From: the human T2T-CHM13v2.0 reference genome, Homo sapiens
DNA length: 64,000 nt
Assembly (NCBI RefSeq): GCF_009914755.1
Contig: NC_060933.1
Strand: one strand, 5' to 3'
A program made the translations under genes and the position numbers. Numbering within the stretch: the first letter of the stretch is position 1; each line of letters begins with the position of its first letter. The notes under the pieces were generated by a model. That model was not told where the DNA came from. It did no database searches and worked only from the letters and a program-made list of their open reading frames with translations. Shown piece after piece: positions 1 to 14,629 of the stretch.

Positions 1-812
<812 letters not shown>

Positions 813-819
813 GGCATTC

Positions 820-1320
820 TGTGTTATGAATATGTCACAAATTTTTTATCCACCTACGATGGCCACTTGGGTTGTTTCTAGCAGTTGGCTATCATGAATT
901 GAGCTGCTATGTGCATCCTTAGACATGTTCTTGGGTGGATGTACACATTCATTTCTGCTGGATGTCCAGGATGGAATTGTTGGGTTATCGGACAGGCATA
1001 TATTTAGCTTCAAGAGATAGTGCCAAACAGCACTATCCACGGTGGTTGTAGCAGTTTACACTTTCACCAAGTGCATGAGTATACCAGTTGCCCCACATCC
1101 TTACCAGTAACAGTGAATTTTTTCTTTGCATTTCCCAGAGGTTGACACCTTGACATATGTATGGCTCTTGGCCACTGGGACATCCTCTTAAATAAGTTCC
1201 TATTCAAGTATTTTGCTCATTTTTTTCTGTAGGACTATCTGCCTCTTTCTTATTGATTTGTAGTAACTCTTTATATATTATGGATAAGACTACTTTATTA
1301 TGGATATCTTCTCTCACGCT
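820..1320 (-). mobile_element. old L1 (L1M) 3' fragment
   Basis: ggaattgttgggttat...ttgtagcagtttacactttcaccaag...gttgccccacatccttaccag are typical antisense L1M 3' motifs. Confidence 0.7.
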
Positions 1321-2038
1321 TTAAACTCACAGACTTTTAGAACCAAGGGCACTCTGCTTCCCACATCAAATACCCTGGTGAACATGACTGCCATTGCTTA
1401 ACTGTACTTTTTGCAAGACAGTGAATTTCATAAGAGCAGGGCTGTGTGTCTGATCTGTTCACCCTAGAACTTCCAGCACAGAGGGCTTAGCGCTGAGTGG
1501 GTACAAAATAAATATTTGTGGAATGAAAGTATGAGCAAACCTCCCATTGGGATTTTTTTTTTTTGTAGTCTAAAGCTTCCACATGTTTCAGCAGTTATTG
1601 ATTCCCAGGCAACCACACTAAAAAGCAGAGATTGAGGCACACACCTGCTCCTTGCTCCCTGCCTGAGGGTGGCAGCCAGCTCCTGAGTCTGTCTGTCATT
1701 CCCCTGCCAGCTGAAACTCTGCCCACCTGCACCTGCCTTGAGGGAGGCAGAGTCTCTCCCAGAGAAGTCACATTTTAATTAACTTCCCCGGCAGTCACTG
1801 GAGAGGCCGGATCATTTTCATAAACAAATGAGAGGCCAGAGCTTTGTCTGTAACTCAGAGAGCATAGTATGGAAGGAATTCAAAACAAGCCACCCTGCAG
1901 GGTCCCCATGCACCCGCCTGAAACTCAGAGCCCCATCACTCTTGAGGAACATTGGGGTCTGGGATTTGAGATGGAAAAGAAGCGGAAGAAAAATGATCAA
2001 CTGTTGTGTAAAGAAGAGCCAATGGTCTCAAAGTAGGC

Positions 2039-2397
2039 TGTATGAACTGCATGTCTGTGTACCCCTAAAATTCAAAACCTAACTTTGGATGGGATGGCGT
2101 TAGCAGGTGGGTCTTTTAGGAGATGATTAGATCATGAAAGCAGAGCCCTTGTGATGGAATTTGTGCCCTTAAATGAAGAGGAAGAAAGCTAACTCTATCT
2201 CTGCTCTCTGCCACGTGAAGATACAACAAGAAGGCGGCCATCTGCAAACCAAGAAGAGAGCCCTCACCAAGACACTGGGTCTGTTGGTGTCTAGATCTTG
2301 GACTTCCCAGCCTCCAGAACTTTGAGAAATAAATGTCTATTGTTGAAGCCACCCAGTCAATGATAATTTGCTATGGCAGCCTAAGCTGACTAAGACA
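2039..2397 (+). mobile_element. MLT1A-type MaLR solo LTR
   Basis: gaagatacaacaagaaggcggccatctgcaaaccaagaagagagccctcacc...ttggacttcccagcctccagaactttgagaaataaatg...gactaagaca. Confidence 0.85.
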
Positions 2398-2689
2398 TAG
2401 TATTTTACCCACTCATTTATTCAACCCCTATTTATTAGCATCTATTCTACACTGAGGCCTGGGAAAAGAAGAGTGAGGATAAAGATTCATGGGGTATACA
2501 AAAAAATCTCCATACCTTCTGCTCACTTTTGTTGTGAACCTAAAACTGCTGTAAAATATAAAGTCTATTTTTTTAAAAAAAACCTTAAAAAATAAAGATT
2601 AGATCCCTTTCCTTGTGGGGCACACAGGCTCATGAGGGAAGACAGACATTAAACTGATCATTATGCAATGAATGACTTAAGTACACTAC

Positions 2690-3030
2690 TTTGTGATTTT
2701 ATTTGAGATGTAATTCACATTCCCTACAATTCACCCATTGAAAATGTAGAATTCAATGGCTTTTAACTTATTCACAGATTTGTGCAACCATCACCACAAT
2801 CAATTTTAAAACATTTTCATCACTCCCCAAAGAACGCCCCTTAGCCATCACGGCTACAATCATTCCATCCGACCTGTCCCCAGCCCTGGCAACCACGAAG
2901 CTACTTTCTGTCTCTGGATTTGCCTGTTCTGGACATTTATGTAGATGGAATCATGCAGGATGCGGCAGCCCTCTGTGTCTGGCTTCTCAGCATGATGTTG
3001 CCAACTCTATCCATGCTACCGCGGGTACAA
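2690..3030 (-). mobile_element. L1M 3' end fragment
   Basis: taattcacattccctacaattcaccc...ttgtgcaaccatcaccacaatcaattt...ggcaaccacgaagctactttctgtctctggatttgcc. Confidence 0.75.
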
Positions 3031-3813
3031 CCCTGTCATTTTGTAAGTGCTGGGAAGGCAGGCTGAGGCTGCTGTGGTGCCACCATATAATAAGGAGGCT
3101 TGTCTAGGACTGATGCCAATCCGGGAAGGCTTCCCAGAGGAAGTGGTTTTTAATATCAGGCATTTATTGTGCACCTGCTGTGTGCCAACAGGAAAAAGAA
3201 GGTAATAGGAGCCATGGCTCTGGCTGGATAGGAGTGTGTAATCCAGGCAGGGGGGTCTGCATGTGCATTCATGGAAACCATGAGGGTGGCAAGTTCTAAG
3301 CCCCAAATGAGCAGAACAGATAGCTAAGAGTCACTGGCATTCAGACGAGGGTGAGCCATGGTGAACCCAGGGGTCCTGAGAGTTTCTGGCAGAGACAGGG
3401 CTTGAAGAATAAGGACCAGTAAGGGTGGGCCTTGAGCAAAGAGCAATGGAGGTGGCTGGGATGCCTGCGATCCTTCAGATGAGGGGGAGTGGGTTTGTCT
3501 ATCTCAACAGGGGGTGCTGTGGGGGAGCCTGGGAGGCAAAGCTGCAGGGCTGGGTGGGGTTGGAGGGTGCAGGGCCTGGACTGCCAGCAGAGGGAAGGGT
3601 TTATTTCAGAGGCAGTGATGAGCCACGCTGGGTGGTCCTTGACCATCTGTCTACCTCTCAGCACCCAGCCTGTGGGAGCTGGAGAGAGGGGGATATAGAC
3701 GAGATGGCAGGAGACAGCGAGGCCAGAGCCCACCAGACCCTCTGGACAGTCTTTGGCGCAGCCAGAGTGGAGAGATCCCGGGAAATGTAACACCCTGTGA
3801 CTTCGAAACCACC

Positions 3814-3843
3814 GCCTGTGGCCTGTGGCCTGTGGCCTGTGGA
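3814..3843. repeat. (GCCTGTG)x4 short tandem repeat
   Basis: gcctgtggcctgtggcctgtggcctgtgg read directly. Confidence 0.9.
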
Positions 3844-5020
3844 CAGTGGAAGGAGCAGCTGCACCCACCCTTCTCAGTAATGGCCCCGGGGCCTGCTGGC
3901 ACCAGGGAGCCACAAGAAGCTGGGGCTGTGGGCATTTCTTTGGCTTGTGGATCTGAGCATGAGCTGGGGGCAGCCAGCCTGGGTTCCAGTCCCAGCTCTG
4001 CCACTTCCTACTGCTTGACCTGAGGCAACCTGTCGGATCTCTCTGTGCCTCAGCTTCCCCCTGAGAAACGGGGATGGTAATGAGACCTGCCTCACTGCGC
4101 AGCTATGCAGACGGCATGAGGGAAGGCCAGGGAGCCCCAAACATTGTGCCTGGGATGCAGTCCGAACCCAGCAAGTGCCCACTGATGCAGCGGGTGCGAT
4201 GGGGTTCGAAGCACTGTGCAGGACAGGGTCTCTGACCTCGAGGAGCTGCTGTGATAAAGGGAGACCGCGTGGCAGGATGATCAAGAGCGCCAGTCAAGAG
4301 GACAGGCACGCCTCCATGCGATGCCCTGCCCAGCGCTTGGGGGCCGGGGATATCGACCCTGCCTCTCTAGGCCTCAGTTTCTATAGCTATAAATGGGTGG
4401 TGGCGGCAGGGTGGGGGCGGCTAATGTGGTTGATGACAGGGCAATTTCATTTGCACAAACCACCTCTGAGAGGCCAAGGAGTTCCCTAGAGTCCCAGGGA
4501 GTAAGGACATCTGGCCAGGTGCAGATGGGTGGCAGTGGCCCTGTCACTGTGTCTTCCCCAGGTGAGGATTCGAGGAAGTGACTCCCTCATGTGCTACAGT
4601 GACAATGGTTTGAGTGGTCCCTGGTATGAGGAAGGTGGGAATGAAGGTAGGAAAGATGTCTCCTTCCTTCGACGGGGCCTCCAGATGAGGCCTCCTGAAC
4701 TGGGTCCTGCATTTCCAGCTTGAGCCAGCCAGGTCTAGGCTGCACCCCAAACACAGCGGCTCAGCTCGGGGACTGTGCTCCCCACTCCAACAATACACAT
4801 GTACCGAGAGGCCCCCCGTCTCTGATGTCTTCACTTGCCTTCAGCACAGACACACAGACCCGCTTCTGCTGTGTGACCCTGTGCCAGCCACAGCCTGCGC
4901 TCCTCCCAGGGAGGGCTCTGCCACCCACTCCTGTGCCACCCTGAAGGCCACGGCAGGGCCTGGGGGAAATGCAGGCATCTGGTGCCTCCCTGCTGCCGGA
5001 TTACAATACATTTGGTCTGA

Positions 5021-5302
<282 letters not shown>

Positions 5303-5634
5303 TGACTGGTAAAACCCAGGAAGTGGCCCAGATGGGGAGGGCCAAGCAGGGCCCTGGTGTGCGGTGTCAGGGAACTAGCATGGGTATCCCCGCACCGCCC
5401 CCCCTTCCCCGCCGCCGGCAGGGACTATGTGCACTATGCTGCTCACGTTACAAGAATGGAATGAGACTGGGACCAACCCTCTGCCTGCCCAGAGGAAGTC
5501 AAGGGCCAGCCCAGCTCCAGGGAAGATGCTTGGCTTGGGTACCCTCAGGATCTCTGGGAGCCCTGATCCCGCCGTTTTGGGCCATCATGCTTTCTGGGGG
5601 CCAGGCAGGGTTGTCACCCAGTAGGCTCAGGTAA

Positions 5635-5970
<336 letters not shown>

Positions 5971-6237
5971 TAAGGTGGCTGGCAGCCAGGGCTTCATCCC
6001 TTGAGGGGGTGGAGGTACCAGCTCAATCAGGGACAAGGTCGGAGGGTGACAGGGAAGTGGAGCATCCTCCCAGCCCCACTGTCCTCTCTTCAATGACTCT
6101 CTCTTGTGTGACCTCTATAGCCACACCCTGAATCCTGCTGAGCTGGGTCCTGGCCTTATAGCAGGGTACCCTGTAGGGCTGTGCACAGGTCACCCACTTT
6201 CCCTTGATCAACAAACAGTGATTGAGACCTGTCCCTG

Positions 6238-6539
6238 GGCCAGGCCCAGTGACTCATCTCTGTAATCCTAGCACTTTGGGAGGCCCATGTAGGAGGATCG
6301 CTTGAGTCCAGGAATTCGAGGCCAGGCTGGGCAACGTGGCAAAACCCCGTCTCTACAAAAAAATTTTAAAAATTAGCTGGGCATTGTGGCACGTGCTTAT
6401 AGTACCAGTTACTTGAGGGCTGAGGCGGGAGGATTGCTTGAGCCCAGGAGGTCGAGGCTGCAGTGAACAGTGATCGCACCACTGCACTCCAGCCTGGGCA
6501 ACAGAGTGAGACCCTGTCTCCAAAAAAAAAAAAAAAAAA
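6238..6539 (+). mobile_element. AluJ-like
   Basis: Full-length dimer, poly-A tail, TSD acctgtc(c/t)ctg. Confidence 0.9.
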
Positions 6540-7479
6540 CCTGTCTCTGTCTTCATGGAGTGAGAGAGGGGAGAGCCTGCCAAGTTACCCAAGCACGGCA
6601 CCACCCCCGGGAAGCCAGGAGAGAGGCTCTGGAGCCTGGGCTCAAACGTGGACTCTGGCCATAACTGGCCATGGGATCCTTGCCCCAGCTTCCACATCTG
6701 TAGAATGGAGATAACAGTAGCACCTGTTTCACCGTATGCCGAGGTTTCAGTGACGTAATGCATATAAAAACCTGAGCACAGGGCCTGGCCTACAAAGGGC
6801 ACTCAACAAGTATTAGCTACTGTTCATGTTAAGATATGATGTAATGTGAGTTGTAGATCCAAGAGCTATGAAATTTTTAAAATTTTTTATTGAGGTTTCA
6901 CTTATACATAGTGAAATGCACAAATCGTGAAGGGTTCAGCTTAATGCAATTTTACAAATGGACACACTCAAGCAACTACTACTGAGATAAAGATATAGAA
7001 TAAATCTGGCACCCCAGAAACCTCCCACACTCCCCCTGAGAAATAGCAGTTCTATTCTATTCTTCCATCCCCTGAGAAATGACTGCCTGGTGGCCCCACT
7101 GTCACCACAGTTTAGATGACTGGCACGCATGTCCCAATGGGTCCACATCCTCACCATTGTCAACAAGGGCACGACCGGCCTGGCGCTTAGATAAGCTCCC
7201 TAGTGCTAATGAGGGCCCACAGGCCACATGCAAGTAGGGAGGGAGATGGGGGGACACCAAGAGAAGAGCCATGCGTTCCATCCAGTCAACACCCCATCTT
7301 CTTCTGACTGCCCTACAGAAACCAGCTAACTGCTCTCTCTTCTTCCAGAATTGGCCCTTCCCAAGCCACCTTCCACATTACTCCAGAGTTATCTTGCTAA
7401 CACACAGATGAAATGAGCCAGACATGACCCATGTCCCAACCCTGGCACACATGACATTCTATAAAAGCAGAATGTAGTT

Positions 7480-8350
7480 GTGTTTAATCGAAACTCACTC
7501 ATGGCTCACATGATTGGAAAGTGCAGGGACAGCTTCAGGCATAGCAGGATCTAGGCAGTCAGGCAACATCATCAGCATCAGGTCTCTCTGTTTCTTGGCT
7601 GTGCTTCCTGATTTTGGCTCCATTCTCTGAGAAGCTTCTTCCTCACCTGCAAATGGCCAGCAGCAGTTCTATTCTGTTTTTCTCTAAACAGCCCAGTGCA
7701 AAGGGCGTTGGTGCTACAGACACCTTGAGTTCAAGACTCTTTGGGCCAGCTCAGGTTACATGACTATCTTCTTTTTTTTTTTTTTTGGACAGTGTCTCTG
7801 TCTGTCCCCCAGGCTGGAGTGCAGTGGCGCAGTCTCAGCTCACTGCAACCTCTGTCTCCCTTCCAGGTTCCAGTGATTCTCCTGCCTCAGCCTCCCGAGT
7901 AGCTGGGACTACAGGCGTGCACCAACACGCCTGGCCAATTTTTGTATTTATAGTAGAGACGGGGTTTCACCATGTTGGCCAGGCTGGTCTTGAACTCCTG
8001 GCCTCAGGTGATCCACCCGCCTTGGCCTCCCAAAGTGCTAGGATGACAGGTGTGAGCCACTGCGCCCGGTTACATGACTATCTTCTACTCAGCCACTGTG
8101 GTCAGGGCTGAGACGCCAGGCCTGGGTCATGTGTCTGCCTCAGAGCCAATGGCTGAGGCCAGGGGAATCTGAAGCCTGGCTGGCCTGGTCTGATGATGCG
8201 CCCTTCCCTGGAGTCAGGGGTGAAATCAGTCCCTGCAATCTACGTGGGCCGATGGTGGAAAAGACGTACAGACCAGGGTTGTGTTCCAGGAGGGGAATGG
8301 ACATCAGGCAGGCAGTAGGACTTCCCAGCCCTTTCTACCTCACTACACAA
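7480..8350 (-). mobile_element. old MLT1 (MaLR) LTR interrupted by an Alu
   Basis: ggctcacatgattggaaagtgcaggg...cttcaggcatagcaggatctagg resembles MLT1J/K; continues after the Alu. Confidence 0.5.
7772..8071 (-). mobile_element. AluS-like
   Basis: Antisense full-length Alu with TSD acatgactatcttct on both sides. Confidence 0.92.
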
Positions 8351-8689
8351 GCTGGTCATTAGCACAAAAATGACCAATATTTGTGCATTGCACTGAACAA
8401 ATAAATAGAAGCGGCTGCTCTCAGACAGTAGCGGACTTCTTGCAATCCGAAGCCCCGTTCAGTGGCCTGTGACTGACAAAGCCAACATCTCAGCCCATCT
8501 GCGTGGCAGCATCCTGCCCGGCCCTCATTTGAGGCCACTGACATTCCATCCCTAGCTTATCTTTCCAATCTCCCCTCTTGCTTCTCCTGGACTAGGTGCC
8601 TTCCTTTGACTGTGCCATCATATATATATATATATATATTTTTTTTTGGGGGGGGGTGGTAGTTCCTTCTTTATTTTTTATTTTTTCTA

Positions 8690-9262
8690 ATTTTTTATTG
8701 TGGTAAAATATACAGAAGATTTATCGTCTGAACCATTTTTAAGTATACAATTCAGTGGGAATCATTACATTCACGTTGTTGTGTGACCGTCACCACCATC
8801 CATCTCAAGAACTTTTTCATCATCCCAAACCGAAACTCTTTCCCTATTAAACACAAACGCCCCAGCCCCTGGCACCCACCATTCTACTTTCTGTTCCTAT
8901 GAATTTGACTACTCTAGAGATCTCATATGCACGGAATCATACAATGTTTGGCTTTTTGTGTCTGGCTTATTTCATTTATGTAATACCCTCGTGGTTCATC
9001 CATGTTATAGCACGCATGTGAATTTCATTCCTTTTCAGGGCTGAGCAATGTTCCCTGTCACTCATTCATCCGCTGATGTGCATTTAAGTTGTCTCCACCT
9101 TCTGGCTATTGTGAATAATGTTGCTGTGGACGTGGACGGACACGTGTCTGTTCCAGTCTTGCTTTCAGTTCTTTTGGGTGTAGACCCCGTAGTGGGATTG
9201 CGGGATCAGGTGGTAATCGTGTTTTAAGTTTTTGGGGACCCGCCACACTGCTGTCCACAGCA
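8690..9262 (-). mobile_element. L1MB-like 3' fragment, preceded by (AT)n/T/G low complexity at 8620-8658
   Basis: ccatttttaagtatacaattcagtgg...ccatccatctcaagaactttttcatcatccc...gctattgtgaataatgttgctgtgg. Confidence 0.75.
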
Positions 9263-10133
9263 TGTGCCGTGTATGCTTTTGTATACTTTTCCCACCATCC
9301 TACTCATGGGAAAGAACCCTGAGGATTGAGTAGGTGGGAAAACCTACTCATTCTTCAAAGTTCAGCTCAGCATCGCCTCTTTGGTAAGTTTTCCCACCTC
9401 TCGTGGCCTCAAATACCAGGCACATCTCTCCCCAGAAATGCATTTCTATTCACCAGCCCTGAAACCAGGAAGGTGACACTAGAGACACCTTGGAAAGTCA
9501 CTTCGGGGCTGGATTAATGAACTCCTGTACATCGTCCTCCCTGTACCTTTGAAATCATCCCCCAAGTGGGTCCCCCAAGGCATCCCCTGTGACTTTTGCT
9601 GCTGATCCAGCTCCTCTTCTCAGCTCCCAACACATGTGCCCTCCCTTGCCCTGTTCTCGCAGGCTGCCTGGGGCAGAGAGGAGCCCCTGTTCCTGGTCCG
9701 TGCTGTGCACTAGGTCACTAGATCAGTCCATGCTGGTGACCAAGTGTCACAAAGACAGTGTGGTGGCAGGAGAGGGGCCCTGGGTCGGGAGTTGGCCTGG
9801 GATGCTAGTTCCAGCTTTGTCCCCAGCTCTCCACGTCACATTCCCCCCAGGGCTTCTGTTTCCCCATCTGTAGATAGGGGGCTGCACTAGTGACACATAT
9901 ACTAATCACAGCACTCTGTGATTCTCAGGCTATGTTTTGCCTCCTCAGCTTGGGTCTAAACCTTCACGCCAATTTATTTTCATGGTTATGAAAACCTTGT
10001 GCCAGAGGTGGGCAGGATTACTATCCAACTGAGGCAGGCAGAGGTTAATTGACCTCCCCAAGTTCACACAACCTCTTCATGGCAGGGCTTGGCCTGGATT
10101 CTCAACCCTTAGTATGTTTATATTTAAAAATAG

Positions 10134-10425
10134 AGCCGGGTGCAGTGGCTCACGCCTGTAATCCCAGCAGTTTGGGAGGCTGAGGTGAGTGGATCATCTG
10201 AGGTCAGGAGTTCGAGACCAGCCTGGCCAATATGGTGAAACCTCGTCTCCACTAAAAATACAAAAATGAGTCGGGCGTGGTGGCATGCATCTGTAATCAG
10301 TAGGCTGAGGCATGAGAATTGCTTGAACCTGGGCGGTGGAGGTTGCAGCGAACCAAGATCGCACCACTGCACTGCAGTCTGGGTGACAGAGTGAGACTCC
10401 ATCTCAAAGAAAAGAAAAGAAAAGA
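10134..10425 (+). mobile_element. AluSx-like
   Basis: Dimeric Alu with a small right-arm deletion and a (GAAAA)n tail. Confidence 0.9.
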
Positions 10426-10729
10426 TTAGAACACAAAGGACACTTGTGATCACCTGGTTCAAAGCCCTTACTTAAAACAGGAGAAAATAGAAAGAAGTTC
10501 AGAGAGGTGAAGTGAGCTTCCCAAGGTTGCACAGCAATTTGTTAACTGAGCCAGTTCTGGAGTCCAGTTGTCAGGCTCCCCATCCAGTGCTCCTCACTCT
10601 GTGTCCTACTTCCTTGGAACCGATGTGCAGCCGGAACACCCACAGCTTCTCATCCTAGTGCCGGGGTTTTCCACGGCATCACTGAAGTCAGCTGGGCTCA
10701 GAAAGGACAAGCATTATCATCCAGCTTTC

Positions 10730-11430
10730 AATATAGAATCTTAAATTGCTGTAAAACCAAGTGGCCACAATTCCAGGGAAAGGACGTGATGAAGTGCTGG
10801 CTGTATCTTCTGTGATGGTAAATGGGCTTTGCATATGCAAATTGAATGGATTTTAAAATGGTATTTAATGACAATTTTCGTAGCAGACATTAACATTAAT
10901 TGCACAAAAATGAAAATGCTGCATTAGGTTGCTGTTAGCAGCAAATATCGTGGCCATAAAGCTTTATCTTTATCAACAGCAGCCCTTCCTGATGTGACGG
11001 GCAGCTCCGCAAATTGCAGGCAAAAGGGCTTTTATGGAGCAGAAATATCCCCCAAAGCAGGCCCAAATCAGCATCAATTTCACTTTATTTCTTCGTAAAT
11101 GGAGGTTAAATGGCTTCTGGAAAAGCTTTTACTGAGATGCCCAACCTGCGTGGAAAGCCTCCACCTTGCAGCATAAGTGCGGAGGAAACGGTGACAAAAT
11201 CATTGCCCCGCTCCCTAATGGGGCTATTACTTTAAAGTTATGGGGCCAAGGCCCATTTTCTAATGATCACCTTTTACAAGCCTCAACTGTATTTCTTTCT
11301 TTACTTTAAAAGCATGTTAAAACACCAAATCCGATTACACCCGACAGAGGAGGTGTTGGGGAGGTTTGGTCCAATAAATAAATAAACAAAACAAAACAAA
11401 AACAAAATGAGTGTTATTTACTCACAATTA
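10730..11430. promoter_or_regulatory. candidate developmental enhancer (POU palindrome, posterior HOX/CDX-type motifs)
   Basis: Repeat-free AT-rich island; TTTGCATATGCAAA 10828-10841, GCCATAAA, TTTTATGG, TTCGTAAA. Confidence 0.5.
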
Positions 11431-13699
11431 CAGACGTGTTAAAAAAATAAAGTCCCACCTCAGACTGAATCCACTAACGCTCCCTCTAAGCTAGGATGCT
11501 AATGAGCAGAGGGGTTGTGACTGCCACCCTGTGAGCTACGATTCTGACCACAGCCAGCCCCCCAACCCCCATCCATGTCTAGATTTGCAGTGGGCAAATG
11601 AATTGTGGTGAGGGGTGCACCCCCTCTTCTCCACACGTCTCTGAATCTGCCCATTCAGCCTCAATACCAGATGGGATGCAAAGCCGAATTTAGATTATTC
11701 AATTACTTCCTTCCCAGTTATCCTATTTGGTTCCCAATCCACACCGATTTGCTGCAGGTTGTCACTAAATCGGAAGGGTGCATTTCAATCCCAAAGCCTC
11801 TGTGGCTTGCAGGAAGTGGAGACCTGAGGAGTTATCTGGAAAATGGGGGTTGTGTAGACATGGGGGCAGACTGGGGGCCGTGTAGACATAGGGTCAGTCC
11901 TGGGGCTGTGGCTAAATCAATCCACAGAGGAGTTTGGCTGGTACAGTAATTAAAGAAAAAAAAAAGGTTGAGTTGCCACATTTTTAAAAAGTCAGGAGAT
12001 TTCATATAAATACCTGAATTTTCCATTTCCCTTGAACAAACAGAAGCCTGGGCAAGTGGATCTGCGCTCTGCCTGGCTCCTGGGGCTGGGGCTGAGGGGC
12101 AGCATCCCTTTGGACAGAATCCATGGACTGTTTATCCCAGTCCTCACCCAGACTGGCTTCTCTCATTTTTGTTACCTGCCTAGTCCAGGTAGGCACGGAG
12201 TTTGGAACCCCTGGTGTAGACGGATTGTCTCGATCCCTCAGCTAACGGCAGCCTCTTTGTGTCCTCTGATAACAGTATGAGCCACCGCTAACAAAAGCTG
12301 CTCTGCATCGATCTTAAACGTGGCAGGCATTTTGCACACATAATTGCTAACCCTTATGTCCTTCCTATGAGACAGGTATCATTCTGCACACTTCACAGGC
12401 CAGGAAAGGGAGGGCAAGGGCCCTCCCCGAGGCGTTACGGTGCAGAGCCCGGATTTCTACCCAGTCTGGCAGCTGGCTTTGAAGACCACACCTCTAGGAT
12501 CAGGCAGCTGGAAAGAGCCCCGGCATTCTCTCGCTGCTGTTTCACTGTCAAATCCCAGAATTCAAGTCAGGGAAGAATTTTAAATTCTCATTACCAGCGT
12601 GTAAGGCCCTAACACAGATCTCAAAGCATGCTGCCACCCAAGGTCCGGAAACAGATATGTCTGGAGGCCAGATATGTAACTATTAAAGACACACTTAATT
12701 ATTGATGCATTTTAATAAGTGTTTGCAAATGTTCGCATGCCCTCGGCACATCTTAATTGTTACTGCTCCTAATTGGCCCGGCACTGTCGATTATGATGAG
12801 TCAGGGATGGCGGGGAGGGGAGGAGCAGGGAGGGCCCGGCAGCAGCTGGCGCTCCTGGTGGACTCTGGGCACCCTGGGCTCTGCCGCTGTTCTGCTTGGG
12901 AGCCTGGGCCACAGTCAAGACACAGATGCCAGCAGGAACATCCATCACTCAGTCAACCAGCAAGCAGCCCCTTGCGCATCAGTGTCTCACATGGGCCAGA
13001 TGGAAGGTGGGAAGACCCTACTTTGCACTAACAATGGCAACTATGTGTTATTATTACTACCTCAGGTCAGACACTGCCGAGGTCCTCAGGAGCATCCTCA
13101 TTAACTAACTCTGAATAGCTCAGTGAGTACAAAGTTAGCTCAAGTGAGTACAAGGTTGGAATGCTTCTATCCCCGTTTTACAGAAGAAGAGACAGAGGGT
13201 CTGAGAGGTCAAGTCATTTGGCTTCTGTGCAGTGCGAGGAGGATTAGTGTGGCCTGAATGCCTATGACAGTGACCAAGGGTCTGATCTGCCTCCCTAACA
13301 CAGGGGTAGAGGTGACACGGGCAGGGACTCTGCTCATGTTTTTCCAGCACTAGAAGGGGGATGAGACAGGATTCTGTGTAAGGCCATCCTGTCTGGATTT
13401 TTCTTAAGGCTTTAGAACTTAATCTGAACAGACCCAAAGAACCTGCTGAGCTTCTCCTTTCTGGGTCACTTCCTTCCCTTTCACATTCAGCGGCAACCAC
13501 TTCCTGATAAACTCAAACTTCTTGTCAGGGCATCCAGAACTTTCACCACGCTGGATGCTCCAGGCCTGCTTTTCTCACGCCAGGATCTGTGGTGCTGACC
13601 ACAGTGCCTTTGCGGAGGAGGCCTTCGTGGAGTTGCTGAATGAGTGCATGAACAAATGGCCACATTGGGGTCCAGATATAAAGCCAGTTGCCACGTGCA

Positions 13700-14215
13700 A
13701 CCTGAGTAGCATCCTTAGATCAGCACTAATTAGCCTGGTCTACACCCCCAATCCTGGTGCAGAAAGCCTTCAGACCATGGAAACATAAGAAACATCAGAT
13801 AAGCGGGAAATGCTGCTGGCCCAGCCTTCTGTCTGCAGCCGCTGCTGGTCCTGCTATCAGATGCATCATCAGCCTGACGCTGACAAATGTGAAGGATGCA
13901 GGAAATTTTACAGGCTGTTAAAAAAATGTTTGCTGCCTGACAGGTTTTTTTGAATCTCTCTGCCAAGCTGATATATTTTACAAATTTACAGTGGGCCCAT
14001 CAATCACTCTGGGTGATTTTGTTTCTCCTGGATCCGATGGCCAAAAAAATCCAAGCCACTCACCCAAGCTCCTATAAAATAATAATAAGCCCTTTCCCCA
14101 GCAGCCATCCCAGAGATCCGAGGCAGTTTCTGAAGGGCGAGACCACGTCTGCATTTATTGGTGTCCTGAAACCCGGCTGAATGAAACCTGGTCTGACCAC
14201 AAGGGGGAGCATGTG
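13700..14215. promoter_or_regulatory. candidate enhancer (PBX-HOX + MEIS) with adjacent CTCF-like site
   Basis: CTAATTAG 13726, TGACAG 13938, ATCAATCA 13999, TGACCACAAGGGGGAGCA 14194-14211. Confidence 0.45.
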
Positions 14216-14629
14216 GATCTCGCAAAGATCCCCGGGCCTCAGAGAGGGCCTGAAATGTACATTGCCCCCTGCAAAGCCAAGTTTCTCCTGTCCCCCGCAT
14301 AATCTGCTCCCTGGCACTGACTGCGACTGTCGTTAATACTCCTCTGCTGTATGTCAGGTCCCAGAGCGCAGGGAGAATGTCAGTTTCATCCATCGCTGCA
14401 TCTTCAGCGTCCAACACAATGCCTGGCACATAGTGAGCACTCGAATATAGTCTGGGGCCCTTTAAGACTTTGAGACAGTTATCAGAAGCAAAGAGAGAGT
14501 CCATCTGAGACCCAGAGAGGGGACGTTAAAGCCAGAGATGACACTTCATAGACTCCGCTGTGATCCCCGCCCCCCGCGCCGCCGACTGATGTCATGAGTC
14601 TGCAGTGCAGTGATGCTGCCTCAGAGAAT

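Noticed and set aside
2328-2333. Sense AATAAA in the MLT1A LTR as an intronic poly(A) site
   Set aside because: Part of the LTR consensus; use cannot be inferred from sequence
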